The notes beneath the pieces were generated by a model. That model saw nothing but the letters and a program-made list of their open reading frames with translations. It was not told the origin of the DNA and made no database searches. Shown here one piece after another: positions 1 through 14,004 of a stretch of DNA of 64,000 bases. The first letter of the stretch is position 1; each line of letters opens with the position of its first letter. A program made the position numbers and the translations under genes. Source of the stretch: Trichinella spiralis (Eukaryota); NCBI RefSeq assembly GCF_000181795.1, contig NW_003526941.1:8844858-8908857 (forward strand), given 5' to 3'.

Positions 1-3000
1 TTTTTTGACGGTCGAATTTTTGAATTTGGAATTTTCCAAAAATTTTTCAACCGACTGACGACTGAGGGACAAACATATGTTGGAGGTGACGCCTGCTGTT
101 GTTGGCTAAACTCTGCTTGTTCATTTCTTATTCATTTCTAATTGTCCTTCTCTTTTGTTTTTTCAAAATTCTCCTTGTCTCCTCGTTGAACTCTTCAACT
201 TGTAAAGTACAATCTTCATCTGTTTTTACTGATGTTTGCACTTTTCAAAATTTCACATTTATCCACAAAGGTACAAAAACAACACCAGCAGCATGTTTAT
301 ATTGTTTGTTATACTTTTGTCACTTATTTTGTTTTGAGCAAATCTCATTTGCTTCGCTTCATCAATGATCAGACATGCCAGAGGATCATTTTATCAAACT
401 GGAGAAGAGTTGGCTAGAGTTTAATGTTCAACATATATCAATGATAAGAGATATTCTTGTTTGTTTTGATTTTGGTTTTGGTAATTATTTATTATTCTTT
501 TGCATTTTATTTCATTTCAAATGCAAATTATGCAGAATATGCTATTTGTATTTGTTGTTTGCACAGCTAGTGAGAATAACGGCTGCTATTGAGTGCAGAA
601 AAAGAAAATCAATTTCTTCACCTTCTCACCTCTCATGTTCTCTGTGATTTGTCTGCGTGTTTGCGTGTATGTTGTAAGAACAAATTGGACAATTTTATGA
701 CCAATTTTTAATCTTTTTACTTCTTCTGTCATTTTTTAAAAAAATAATAAATTCTGATGTAGTCATCATCGAGCTGATGCACTGTGGAGACACACCCTGT
801 TTACTTTGGCGTGAAATTATCAAATGTGAAAGTTTAGTTATTCGACAATTATAAAATGCCAATATTTGAGCTATAAAGTTCAGCATTCAGTTTTGTTTAC
901 TACCAACATTCGGCTAACATTTTTTATGATTCAAATTTTTTGCCACACTTCAATGAATGCATTATTGTTATTTAATTATGAACGAATTCTCTGTATATAT
1001 ATATACATTTGCATCAGTCAGCAAACAAATTTGCTACCTATAACTGCAATTTCTAAAGCTTTTTGTTGAATAAAAAGTAGCGTGTTTTTTTTCTTTCTTC
1101 AATTTCTTCAGAAATTTATTTTTAAAAATTTACTGTATTTTCATTGTTGCATTTTCATAACATTCAATTGTATTTCTTCACGTTGACGCACGCAGCTGAA
1201 CCATCTTGTGCAATTGAATAGTCGGTTAGTTAGTTGTTGGTCCAATTTGAATGATCACAATGCAGTAGCTTTTCGTTTCAATATCCACCTTTTCTTAACT
1301 TTTCGATTTTGCTATGCAACAAGGTAAATTTGTATAATTTTCCGAAAATTGCCCAATTCAATTGAAATGATTTCTAGCAAAACTGATAAAGAATGTTAAG
1401 TTGTGCGCTAAATTATTTGACGGGATGTTCGCAAGCGGGGGGGAGCATTTGGTGAAAATTGATTTTCTTTTTTCCACAATAAGCAAACCAACTAACTAAC
1501 TACTTACTGCTCAGAGTGATGAGGTTGATATATGGTGGAGTTTTTCTTTGACCCTCACTTTTCCCTGTGCTCGTGTTCAACAAAACCGACGATATCCACC
1601 GTTTGATATATATGTATTTTTTTTCCTTCTCTCTCTCTCTCTTTATTCAATTGAAATTTAGACATTTTTCATTCATTTATGCAAATGTTTGAAAATTTTG
1701 TTTCCATTTGACGAATATGTTCGTGAAATTTCAATTAATAGCTAACTGTTGTATTGAATTTGAATTGTAATTATGCACTGAGTAGTAATATTTCCATTTT
1801 TTTTCAACAATGTGAAAGGATTGTTTTTCTTCGTTTTATCAATTCATTTTCATAATCTGCATGCAAAGTTGCAGTAATTTAATACAGATCGAAAGAAAAA
1901 AGAATTTTATCGATCAACGGGGAATAATTGGCCAGAGTTGAGAGAGGGAGAGAGTTGTACTTTCTGTGCTTTCAATGTGTAGATCAATTTTGACATTTGA
2001 AAACAATTTTCTCCATTTATGATTCATTTCCATGGACAAAATTCAATTTTAACGTGTTTCTTTTTTTTTCTGCGCATCCCAATTAAGCACAGATGGGTTG
2101 GCATATAAATTTAGTTATCACTTTCAAGTGTAAGTAAATGCAAGGGCAAAGGAAAAAAAACGTCAAGCGTTGACAACCCTGCCTTGCCTTGCCTAAAAAT
2201 GAATGAATGAATGGATGGATGAAGTCATAGCGTGTTTGTTGTTAATTGACATTTGTCCTTTTACCAATTGAAATGGTGATTTGAATGGAATGGATTTCGT
2301 TTGACGATGGTTTGACTTATAATTATAATAATAACATGCAGTGCTAATTGATAGTTAGTTACTGTTGGCCCTGGTGGAATGGTAGGTATTTCTTTTTTCT
2401 GAACGACAACTTACACAATTTCGACAAAACGTCGCACAACAGAGAGCACACAAGTGGGCGTGGTGGTGATGATGATGATGATGATCATTTTTGCAGTTGA
2501 CTAGGTTGAAAATTGCCGACAGGTGCTGACGCTTGGGGGGAGAAATATTTGAAATTCAACAGTTTTAAACAACAATTTGGCACAGATTTTTAAGGATCTC
2601 TTTCTCTTATTCTCTGTCTCTTCTTTTGTCGGTTGCTTGCTTGATCAGCATCGTGAAATGTATAAAACACCCAGCTACTCAATAGCTAATGCTACTGCTG
2701 TTTATTCTGTTGATCTCATTCCACTCAGATGGTGTGTGTTGAAATGTTGTTTGTTGTATTTTTTGCTAATTTTCAATCGACTATCTATTTTTAGCATTTT
2801 CTTGTCAAAAATAACGTTTCATTCATACAGCATTTTTCAAAATGTGTAAATGATTATTTGTTGATGCTGATTCAATTGTGACTTTTTGAAAAATTATCGG
2901 TATATCTGCAATCAATTTTTCTCCACCCTGTCACATCAATTATTCAATATTATGTTATCAATATATCCCCGTGAAAGGTGGAGAATGTTGATGTTAATTT

Positions 3001-6000
3001 TTTTTTCTTTTTCATTTTACTCTACAAATTTATCAATTTTCCAATTCAATACAACTTGAAAAATGTTCCATATAGTTGGGGATTTGCTTGTTGTTGTTTT
3101 TTTTTGTTCCTTTTTTATCAGCTTGACATCACTTTCATTGTCAATAGCTGTTGTCAAAAGTTGGCGACAGGATCACATTTTTCCATTTTAGCATTTTATC
3201 GCAAATGAACAATTAATTTGAGACCAGTTCAAAAATATTCCCCTGGTCTGGTTTGTTGAAGAACAAGAAGCAGTGCAAGATAATAACTTGTAATAATAAT
3301 CACAATTATTACAAATTATTATTATTATAAACGCATATATACAACATACTTGTTGTTTCAGTGCATTCAGTGGTAATATTCGAGTGGGGTGAGCTTTGAG
3401 CTAATAAGGGGATGGGTGGTGGTGGTGCTAATTCGATCAGGACCGCCCTCTCGTTGCTCCTTCTATTATTGGTTAGTTGTCCGCTTTTTTACGCCTACGA
3501 TCATGTTCTTCGTTCATTCAATCTATTTGTCAACGAGCCTAGCCGACAGCCGCAACAATTGATTTATGACTTCCTCTTGATGTTGCTGAAAGGAGATAGC
3601 TTAGCATCATGTACATGATGTCGAGAATGATGACTGCACCACCCCCTCCCACATGCGCAGTCAACGACATGATTTAGTTCTTTCTTTTTGTTTACTTTTA
3701 AATTATTTTTAATTTTACAATTTTTTTTGTTTCACATTCATTCACATTTTAACTTTTAGGTTAATTTTCTTTTCCAGTTTTATAATTTATCCAATGTTGA
3801 GAATATTTGTAATAATAATTATCCATCATCGATGAATAATGGTGAATATTAATTTTTAATTTCTATTAATTAATTAATTAATTCACTTATTGAATAGCAA
3901 GTTCAACTTTGCATGCTCCGGATGTTTCGCTTTCGGACGTGTAAATTGTAAATGTTGTACCTGAACATCAATATTGCACGAATGTATAATTTTAGCGGAA
4001 TTTTGATTCTGTTTCGTCACGATTAGCTTTTTCTTTCCTTTTTCCATTAGGAAATTTTCAAATTGTTCATTTTAAAAATGATGCTCATCAAATGTTCAAT
4101 TGGAAAATCCGGTTCGAAATTTTTTTTCAACTTATTACAGTCAATCAGTTTGCAATTTTGATCAGCATTCGTTCAGATGCTTACACGGAAATTCAAATTC
4201 TCTTGTACACATTTATTGTCGTCGTTCGGGCAAATTGGAGCTACTCGAGTAGGGTGGGGTGGGGGTTGGTGAGATTTTCAACCGCGCCTACATGAATAAA
4301 TAGAGACTACTTGGTCCTCAGCGACATATGCGTGCGTTATTGCAACGACCAGTTTCGCACTGAATAAAATTTAGGTCCATGCAGCTGCTACTTTTTTTCC
4401 CCTGATATGTGTCAAAAAAATTTTGTCCATCTCATCCTGTGATCCAGTAAAATGTGCTTATTTGTTTACTTATTTACTGTTGGTATATTTTTGCTTTTTG
4501 TGACAGTTGTTGTTGTTGTGTGATGGAAAAAAGCGTGCTGATTGTTTTTGACAAGAAATTTTATTGCTTATTTTCATTCAGTTGGAAAGATTTGAATCTG
4601 TCACAGTTTTTCCACATCATCACTGCTGTTGATGTCAATCGACAGTGTCATTTTCCATTCTGAGAGCACATGGACAATTTTTCTGTAGTCGACTGCTGAC
4701 TCACGACGCTGCTGACCACTTCAACAAATGGGCATTATTCATTTTTCCCAATCGAACTGTTCGACCTTCGTCTCGACGACCCTTACACTTTTGGGGCTTT
4801 TGCATTTTTCGCTTCAGGTTAAAGGGTCAGATGGAGTTGCTTCTTCTGAACTACTGCTGCTGCTGCTGCTGTCAAGGCACAAGGGTCAGATTGCGCTTGA
4901 TTGTGATCATCATCATTCGTGTCCTGTGCTCTGTATCCAGCAAGAGCATTTCTTTCTTTATTTGTTAACGACTGAAGAAAATAATGTATAAATATTTATT
5001 TCACCAACGAGAGAACCAGAACACTTAATCAAATGTCGATGCGCGTCGTTGATTTGAAAATTTTCTCCACCAATTTACATCAATTGGACGTGTTTCGCTT
5101 TGCAATTTGTTTGCCATCAACCCTACTCCTCTCTACACAGCTAACTAGAAGTTGATATCATTTTTTTCATTTTTTTTGAATGACTGTGTTTTTCTTTTTA
5201 CAAATATACCCGGGCAGAGTATATCTATATCTATGTATACATTCGATCGGTGTAGATGAAAAAACAGTTGATTTCTTTTTTTTTAAATCTGACAAAATTT
5301 TCAAGAGTTTTTTCATCATCATCATACAATTATAGCATATTATTATTATTATTATTGCTGTTGGTTTGATTTTTCATTTTACTTTTCTCTAATATTTCTA
5401 TTTAAGAAAAAAAAAGCAATTTGCTCAATTCTGTGAACGTGTTGTGATTGAAGCAGGTGGTGATGCTATTGTCGAATGCCAAATTAGCAGCCACTCTTAG
5501 CCTTGGAACCGTCTGTTTGTCATTGCGCACATTTCTTTTTTTTCTATATATATGCATATTCTTTCAATCATGCTCAGATGCTTCATTTCGTATTAGTTTT
5601 TGGCATTGTCTAAAAATTCGTGTCGATCTACTCCCCCTCCCCCTTCCCTCTCACCTTCTAGTCGGGCAATTTTCGTTGTTTTTTCACACACTTACCTGCG
5701 AGCATGATTTTCTTATTCTTATTCTTATTATTATTATTACTGAATGCTTATTGCTTCTTTTAAACAGAATTTTCTACACTGCTCTTTCCAGTTTCTCCTC
5801 AATGTGAAAAGCAATACTGACAGGTAGAAGAGAAAAACATTGCAAGTTGAAAATTTGTCTACAACTGGTTTGCTGTGTGCTTTTGCAACCAACAGACAAT
5901 GAATGCACTTGATCAGCTAAAGTGTACGGAAGGAGGGAGGGAGGGAGGGTTACTTTGGTAACAAGTTAAACTGAATGAATGTCTTTTGCATCATCATCAT

Positions 6001-6180
6001 CATCATCATCAATACATTTATTTATACTTACAAAAAATACATGCATGGGTATGGTGATGGCTTTTCTTTTTGACTTGTATTGATAATATTTTTTTTTCTT
6101 TTGTTGATAATTTCAAATCAAAAATGAAGAAGATGTTCATTAACAGATGCGTTGCATTTCTCTGCACTCTTTTCCATAAC

Positions 6181-6422
6181 TGCTGGCTAGCTAGCTGACT
6201 GACTGGTTGGTGGTTGGCTGGTTAGCAGCTTTAACGCGCCTGTTTGGCAAAATTTGCCGGCAAACTTGACGAGAACGTTTCAGCGCAGCTGCTGCTTCTT
6301 CTCCGTATATCTTCGGTCTTTTGGTTCGACCTTGCTCTTCTGGCCAGCAATTTATCCTCTTTTTCCATATACCGGCTCCATTGCCTGCCTGCCTGCTTGC
6401 TTGCTTGCTTGCTTGCTTGTCT
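6181..6422. repeat. Tetranucleotide microsatellite cluster (GCTA/GACT/GCCT/GCTT)
   Basis: Visible runs such as gcctgcctgcctgcttgcttgcttgcttgcttg. Confidence 0.8.
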
Positions 6423-7252
6423 GCTTCGCTTCCACCTTCTCTCCTTCACACCACGCATTTTGTGTTTTTTTTGGCCACTTTTTTGGCCTTTCCGATTCAT
6501 TCATTCACTTGTAACTTTATTTTATATTCTAATCACTTTTGACTTGAATAATAATATTGTCATCATTTGTCATTTCATTCATCTTCTTCACGCTTGAAAC
6601 AGTGTCGGCACTTTGGACGTTTGATGACCAACCAACGAACGTTGATGATGATGATAACGGTCCGATGCTATTTGGACACACGGGTGGGAACGTGGCCGAA
6701 ATTATTGTCTTTTTTTCTGATCCACTGAACCCTCCTCCCTTCTTTTCATATTTTTTTTTCTTTCCAACGCACTTGGTCGTTGAGAATTTGCGTCGACCTC
6801 ACGCCGGCTGCACTCCATTATTTATGCTTTTGTAAAATGTCTGTCAATCAGCCTACAACGGACAAGCCACCGGCTCTCTGCTGGCGTTCACAATTGACCA
6901 TTCATTGTCCGGTCGTCGGGGCCGGTCGGACCGGTGGTCACCACCACTGCACTGCTTTCATCATTTTCCGGCTTTATTCGCTTCGTCCTGTTTCTGCTCC
7001 ACTGTTGTCGTTGACTGACCATCGCGCGAATTATCATATTCAATCTTACGATCTGTCTCTCGGCTCTGTTGGATATGCATTTTTTTTCTACTTTGTCATT
7101 TTTCACATATAATTTTTTCCAAACGTTTATTCTATTTCATCTATTATTGATTATTTCTTTTTTTCTTTGCAGGAACGAAGAAAATTTTTTTTTGCAAACA
7201 AATGACAAAAAAGCACTGCGTTGATTGACCGATCAAGGTGATATAACTTGCC

Positions 7253-10200
7253 ATGGGCGACGTGCTTATAATTGAGCCGGCTGGCTCGGACGACTATTTG
7301 GACGAAGATGAAGTTGGTTTTAATGAAACGTAAGTTTCATGTATTTTACTATTATCATTCATATTATTGTTGAATTGTATTCAATTTTCATCAAATTCTT
7401 CTTCTTTTTCTTCTTTGAATACCATATCATCCATATATATATGTAGGTTTGTGTATCCGGGTAGGTCTTTTGTCTGTTTCAGTGAAGAAACACGAATAGT
7501 TGGAAATAATTTAATTTTTCGTCATTTTCAAGTATTACAGTCATACTGATGTCTGCTTTGACAAGCTGAAATAATTGATGGTTTGTAATTTTCATTAGCA
7601 TGTTTTTCTTTAATTTTTGCTCTCTCTCTCTCTCTCTTGAATCTGTCATTTGTCATGAAATTTTTTCATTCATGTCATTCGGTCACGGTGCACTGCATTG
7701 GTTGTCGTTTTGTTGAACAAAAACATTATTAATAATTTGTGAATAACTGGGAGAAAAATTTTTTTTTTTAATGATGGTTTTTCAAATCACCGAACATTGA
7801 ACTGAATGTGAATCTGATATGGCGGTGATAATAGTATGCAAAAATATTATACCTTTGCGCGCAATGCGATCTGTTCAGTGCAGCTGTCGGATCTTTCAAT
7901 TTGCTAGCATTTCATCTTTGAAAATTTATTATCATTTGATTTTGATAATTTTCATTTTTTTTTAATTTTTGTTGCGCTTTCTTGTAAGCATAATGACAAA
8001 TGTTTAAGTTTTTTTTCGAATGAAAGAAAATGTAAAAATGAAAAAATTATCGCTAATTTTTGGTGCAAAGTAGTTTATTTCAAATTTCTATTATTATTTA
8101 TTTATTTATTTATTGTGTTTCTGTTGGTTGAAGTCAGTTTTTATCGTTGGTAAAAAATGCAAAAGCTTCTACTGAAAATGTAGTCGTCGGTGGTGATTTT
8201 CCTCGAAATTGAAAATAATCAAGCGGACATGCTTGTCATTTGTTTTCTGCTAATTGCAGTTGACGAGACAGGCGCTTAAGTTTCATGACATCCAGGAATT
8301 TTTTTCACTTTGTTTGTTATTATTATTATTATTCTGATTCAAAATTTATGCAATAGGAAATATTTCCTTTTTCAATCGATCGAACTAATGAGTTAATTAA
8401 TTGATTATTATTTTTTTATTCTTCAATCTATAGAGAAGTGATTGTAGAATGTTCTATTTTAATTAAACTCTTCATTTCCCCCCAAATTTATACTTTATCA
8501 CACAACTATTTCAAATTGTTTAAAAAAACTTGTCAACACGATTACATTTTCCATTTTTGAAATTGTCACTTTTGACAGCTTTTGTGACATGCAGTATATA
8601 GTTGATGAAATTTTTTGATTCAAAATGAAATATACATACATACATATCGTAGGTAATATTGATTGATTTTTTGTTTATTTTTGGTTTTTCAATTTTCATC
8701 ATTTGTCGTTGTTGGTTTGATTTTGTGATTTCAAATGGAAAAAATTGACCATTCTATTTTAATGTATTTGTGTATATTTATTTCATTTGTGCTTTTCTCT
8801 TTGCTGTTTCAAGGCTAATGTTGAAAGTAGATTAGCTGCATTGTTTGCGTTTTAAAATTGCACAATTGAAAGCTGCCACGTGTACGTTTGGCATTTTACA
8901 CGGCGGCACAGAGAAGATTGTGCGATTTTTTGAATGTGTCAATTTGAATCCAACCATCATCAATTAGTAATGTTTCTCCGGTTGTTGTTCAAAATTGAAT
9001 TTCTCTTTCTCAATTGTTCTCAGTGTTATTTATTGCAAATGCTGCTTATCACACACACACAATCTCATTCCGGAAATCTTGACACTTTGTGTATTTATTT
9101 TTGTTTTGTTTTCCAATGCTTTGTTAGTTTTGGGATGAAAAAATATTTTTTCTTTTTGTGATACCTTCCACGCCCCTCCCTCTGCTCCCATTTCAGCGTT
9201 TCGTATTTTTTTTTCATCACTATTTGAAGAGAAGAAAGAACAAATTCTCTCCCCCCCTCGGTTATTAATATCATGTCGATAATTTGAATAAGTTTTGTTT
9301 TTTTTTCAATTGGATTAATTTATTAATTGAAATTATTAAATGAACGTGAAATGATTGGAAAATTATTTGCAATAATGCGTCGTAAATTAATCAGATCACA
9401 TGACGAAAAAATTAACAACTGAATGTGGAACGGAAGTGTTGTGAGGAGAGGTAGGGGGTGTATGTTAATAGCATTAATTGTTGTTTTGTTATTTCCAACG
9501 TTGATCTTGACGGATTTGTTTAACAAGCACCAAGTTATGACATGAAATTAATTGTGTATGTGTGTGTGTATGTCAGAGCTTGACTAAATATCAACAACGG
9601 TCATGGTTCATTTGTCACCAGATGGTGGTGGTGTAAGTTGTCTTTTCTTCTGTTTCTTCGACCCTGCTTGTTTGGATTGTGCCCGACTGTGTCGTCGGTT
9701 GTAGACTGTGGTCGTCAACGTGACACGTGTTTGGTAACCTTTGGGGTCGACCCTGGGCGTCGGCTGGGTCAGCTAACGGGCCTGCTGGCTGTTGTTAGCC
9801 AGCTAATTAGCTGGCTAGTAGGAATTGAAGCCATTGTTCCGGTCGAATGATCGTTGTCCTCCGGAGAGGCTGAGAATTGTTTCGAATGAGAGAAAAAGAT
9901 CAAGCTGAAATTCTGAAGAACAGGCAATATAAGCTGCTTCTCTTACTTTCTCTATCTTCTTCTTTCCATCTCGTTTTACATACACATAACACTCACGCTT
10001 AGCACTCTCAGCATCGTTGTCAGCGCCATCGTGCGTCTTTTAGCCTGCCAATTTATAGCTTGGCCAATCGGCTTGTTCTCGGGCTCTCTTTCTTTGTTAG
10101 CTATTTATTTTCAACAGCCCCAAGCAGTTGTATTATAGTTCAGTTCGCCAGTAGTAGCAGCGATGGCCCTGGCGGCAGTGGCTACTGCTTAATACAAATC

Positions 10201-10725
10201 TGACAGACCAACAACAGCTGTGATGATGGTCAATGCTTTTCAATTTCTCCATTAACAAATCTGATTTATTCTATCCTCCTCCTTTTTTCCATCTTTTTTT
10301 TGGTGTCTCAATTAACACACTGGCATATAATCCGACGAAAATTATTGTCCTGTTATACGGATATTTTCTATTCAATTGTTTGTTTTGTCGATTGTAACAA
10401 TGATTGACGACTTGCTTCCTTATTCTAGCGTCGAAGCGGATCTCACCGGTGCCCAACGTAAGTGCGACTATTTTTTATTCTTGACAACTTCATTTAATAT
10501 TATTAATGGTTTGCTTGTTTTTACCGATACAGAACCTTATTTACATTTGAATGGTTTATTACCGAATTTAACACGTCGTGCTGGCGATTCAGTGCGTTTG
10601 AAATGTCGCGTTACAGGCTCATTGCCAATCACGTTCAAGTAAGGGCTTTTTTTTGTTTCTTTTCAAGTTTTCTGATCGCATTCTGTTTGTTGAACCGAAG
10701 AACAATATGTATATATATATGTGTG

Positions 10726-10757
<32 letters not shown>

Positions 10758-13700
10758 GATGGTACAAGAACGACGCACCATTGTTGAGAGAAAAGAATCG
10801 TATATCGGTGAAAAGTCGAGATTATTGGTCCAGATTGAGAATTTCCAATTTGCATGTACTGGATTCTGGTTATTATCGTTGCGATGCTAACAACAAAGCT
10901 GGCAAAGTGCAGAGCACGTCTCTGCTCAAAGTTCAGGGTTTGTTTGCTTTATATATTCATTATTATTATTCCACATTTGGAGAAATATTTATTTTTGTTT
11001 TCAAATGATAAATTATCGATTTCATGTGATTTTAAGCATCCACTGCACGGAACCGAATGGACGCGCAGTCGGCGTTGATGATCTCAGCGGACAACGATTA
11101 TCCGATTCATTGGATTGGCAGTTCCATGTCGGGAACGTGCCAGCCTTACCGAGGCAAAGCTTGTGCTCGATATTTGGCAGGACAGAAAATTCTCGTACAT
11201 TCTGACGATCCAGAGTCAATGATGGATACTGGTCAGTAAATGTTACTATTATTAATTATATATATATATTTGTTTGAATATTATTCTTTTTCACTTTATT
11301 TATTTCCATTTCTTTTCTTCAGAACGTCAACTCCAAGCTGCGATTGCTGTAATCAGTAACAATAGTCAAGTCAGTGATGCATGTCGACAATATGCTGAAC
11401 AAGTCTCCTGCTATCACAATTACAACGTTTGTGACCAAGAGTCGACACCAGCCAGTGCTGTCGGTCAACCTGGCACTACCGTCTTACCATTATGCAAGTA
11501 TGTGGTATTGATTTTTTTTTATTTTTAAATTTAATCAGTTATTTTTTTCTTTTGCAGAAAAGATTGCTTGATTTTGGAAGAAGATCTTTGTTGGGAAGAA
11601 TACGAGGTTGCGAAAACTCACGGTCTTATTGGCACTGGTGCACTGTTACCTGATTGTAGTCGACTTTCGGACCGACTTGACAAATGTATACATGTGATCA
11701 AAATGGATGAAATTGATCAAATTAGTCCATGTAAGTTGTTGAACGGTATTATTAAAATTGTAATTGAAGGAAATGAAATATGAAAACAAAATATATTGTT
11801 GTTTATCTTTCAATTGTTAGCGGATCCTTGTTATGTGGGTATTGGTCAAAGTTATCGTGGAGTAGCGTCGACCACTGTTACAGGCAAAAAGTGTGGTCGC
11901 TGGTCTCAGTTCGGCAAATTTTTTCCTGAATATCGAACTGTAAATCATCCTGAGCTTATAGGTAGGTAAAAAAATAGGCGGCTGTGAAAACAAGAATTGT
12001 CGTCTGTTTGTTTGTGTGGGAATGTAGTTTTTTATGTAAAATTTTCATTTTTAAGGACACAATCATTGTCGTAATCCAGGAGGCAAAAAGCCTCAACCTT
12101 GGTGCTTTACGGATGACGGACGCGAAGAGCTTTGCAGTGTGGAAAAATGTCCACCGAATACGCATCCCGAATTGGTGGAACGAGAAACATTCAAAACTAA
12201 CGGTCAAAGCAACGATCGACCGTCGTTGGATCACACCAACTTTTGGAATTTGTCCTCAGATTATTTCCAGTACATCATGGTCGCGGCAGGTGTTCTCGGA
12301 GTGCTTGTATTGGCTGTGATGGCAATTTTGTTTGTCTACTGTATTCGATCTCGCAAGGCACGCAAGCACAAAAAATGTTCGTTGGTCTATGTCAACGGCA
12401 ATCTTTGCAACAACGTTCACAAAAATGACGCAAATCATCACGTGAGGAGAAAAGTCGAATGCATATTTATTTGTTTATTTATTTACAATTTTGTTTTTTT
12501 TTCTCTGCATTTTCAGTTTGAACTGGCTACACTGCTTCCTCGTACTCCGGGCTTTGCTCCTCAGGTAGATTTGCCGCCTGAAATTCCGGCATGCAATATA
12601 CAATTTTTGGAACCACTTGGTGAAGGTGCGTTTGGTAAAGTTTGGAAGGGCGAACTGATTGGCTACAGTAGCGAAGAAGAAGCAATTCAGGTGGCGATCA
12701 AGACGCTCAAAGAGGATGCGTTGCCTCATCAGAAAAAAGACTTTGACCAAGAGGTAGCGTTGACCAGTCGACTCAGACACGCTAACATTATCGAATTGAT
12801 CGGCGTATGCATGACAGGACAACTGCAGTGTATGATTTTTGAATTTATGTAAGTTAATTTTTTTGCATTTCATTCATTCGTGTATTTACTTACTGATGAT
12901 TTTTTAAATTGTAATTTTTTTAAAGGATCCACGGTGATTTGCACGAATTTCTTCTACTGCGAGCACCGTATACGCAATCAGGTGTTGTGGATAAGGAGCG
13001 CATATTGCTCGATCAGAGCGATTTTTTGCACATCGCTACTCAGGTGATGCAAAATGAAAAAATAAAGAAAGAAAATACTTTATTTAATTAAAATTCATGT
13101 TTAGATCGCTTCCGGAATGGAATATTTATCTTCTCAACGTTATGTGCACAGAGATTTGGCGACGCGAAATTGTTTCGTTACCGACAGATTGACAATCAAA
13201 ATTGCAGATTTGGGAATTGCACGTGACATTTATTCTGCAGATTATTATTATGTGCAATCGAAAACGATGTTGCCGATTCGGTGGATGCCTCCGGAAGCGA
13301 TACTTTATGGTCGTTTTTCAGAAGCTTCAGACGTTTGGGCATTCGGTGTGGTGATGTGGGAAATTTACACTTACGGTTCGCAGCCGTACTTTGGCTTCTC
13401 CAACCAGGAGGTGATTGAAATGGTACGTCAGCGGTGCTTGCTTCAGTGTCCGGAAAATTGTCCAACTCGGATGTACAGTTTGATGGTCGAATGTTGGCAC
13501 GAGACACCGTCCAGACGGCCGCAGTTCCAAGAGCTGCACGGACGTTTGCAGACTTGGTCAGTGGTTTCCACACCGGCCCACTCGTCCATAGTCGGTGCCC
13601 ACAGCGCCGGAGGAGCCGGAGGTGCTCCGTCGTTGACCCACCGCTCGGGCAGTGTCCACTCGGGACAGAGTTCATCGTTCGGTCCGCAGTCGGCTTTGTC

Positions 13701-14004
13701 CTTGTGTCGAGACAGTACCGGATGTTTGAACGGCGGTGTCAATTTCAGTACACCAATCAACGGTTATCCGCTGATCTCTCATTTGGCATCTTTGTCAACA
13801 GGCACGTCTGCAGTTGGTTGCAATGCCACCTCCACACCTAAGACGACCACCAACTCGACGAACACTACTACTGCACAGTGGCAAAATCAACAGGCAAACC
13901 AACAAAAGCAGCAGCAACAACAACAACAACAACAACATCAGCAGCAGCAACAAATTTATGATACCAGCACGTTGGATTTCAGCGTTGCATCTACTACCTC
14001 TTGA
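7253..14004 (+). CDS. cam-1: ROR-family receptor tyrosine kinase (Ig - Frizzled CRD - kringle - TM - kinase - Ser/Thr/polyQ tail), multi-exon; true 5' end uncertain
   Basis: Spliced translation gives an Ig domain (VRLKCRVTG...WYKNDAPL...DSGYYRC), a CRD ([13 protein letters not shown]...), a kringle ([11 protein letters not shown]...[13 protein letters not shown]), a TM segment ([25 protein letters not shown]) and a kinase ([39 protein letters not shown]). Exon 7253-7329 joins in phase to 10429-10457 and then to 10533. Confidence 0.93.

Noticed and set aside
1..7170. Many short ORFs in the first 7 kb
   Set aside because: Phe/Leu/Ile-rich translations of T-rich or microsatellite DNA with no domain signal; probably ROR upstream or intronic sequence.
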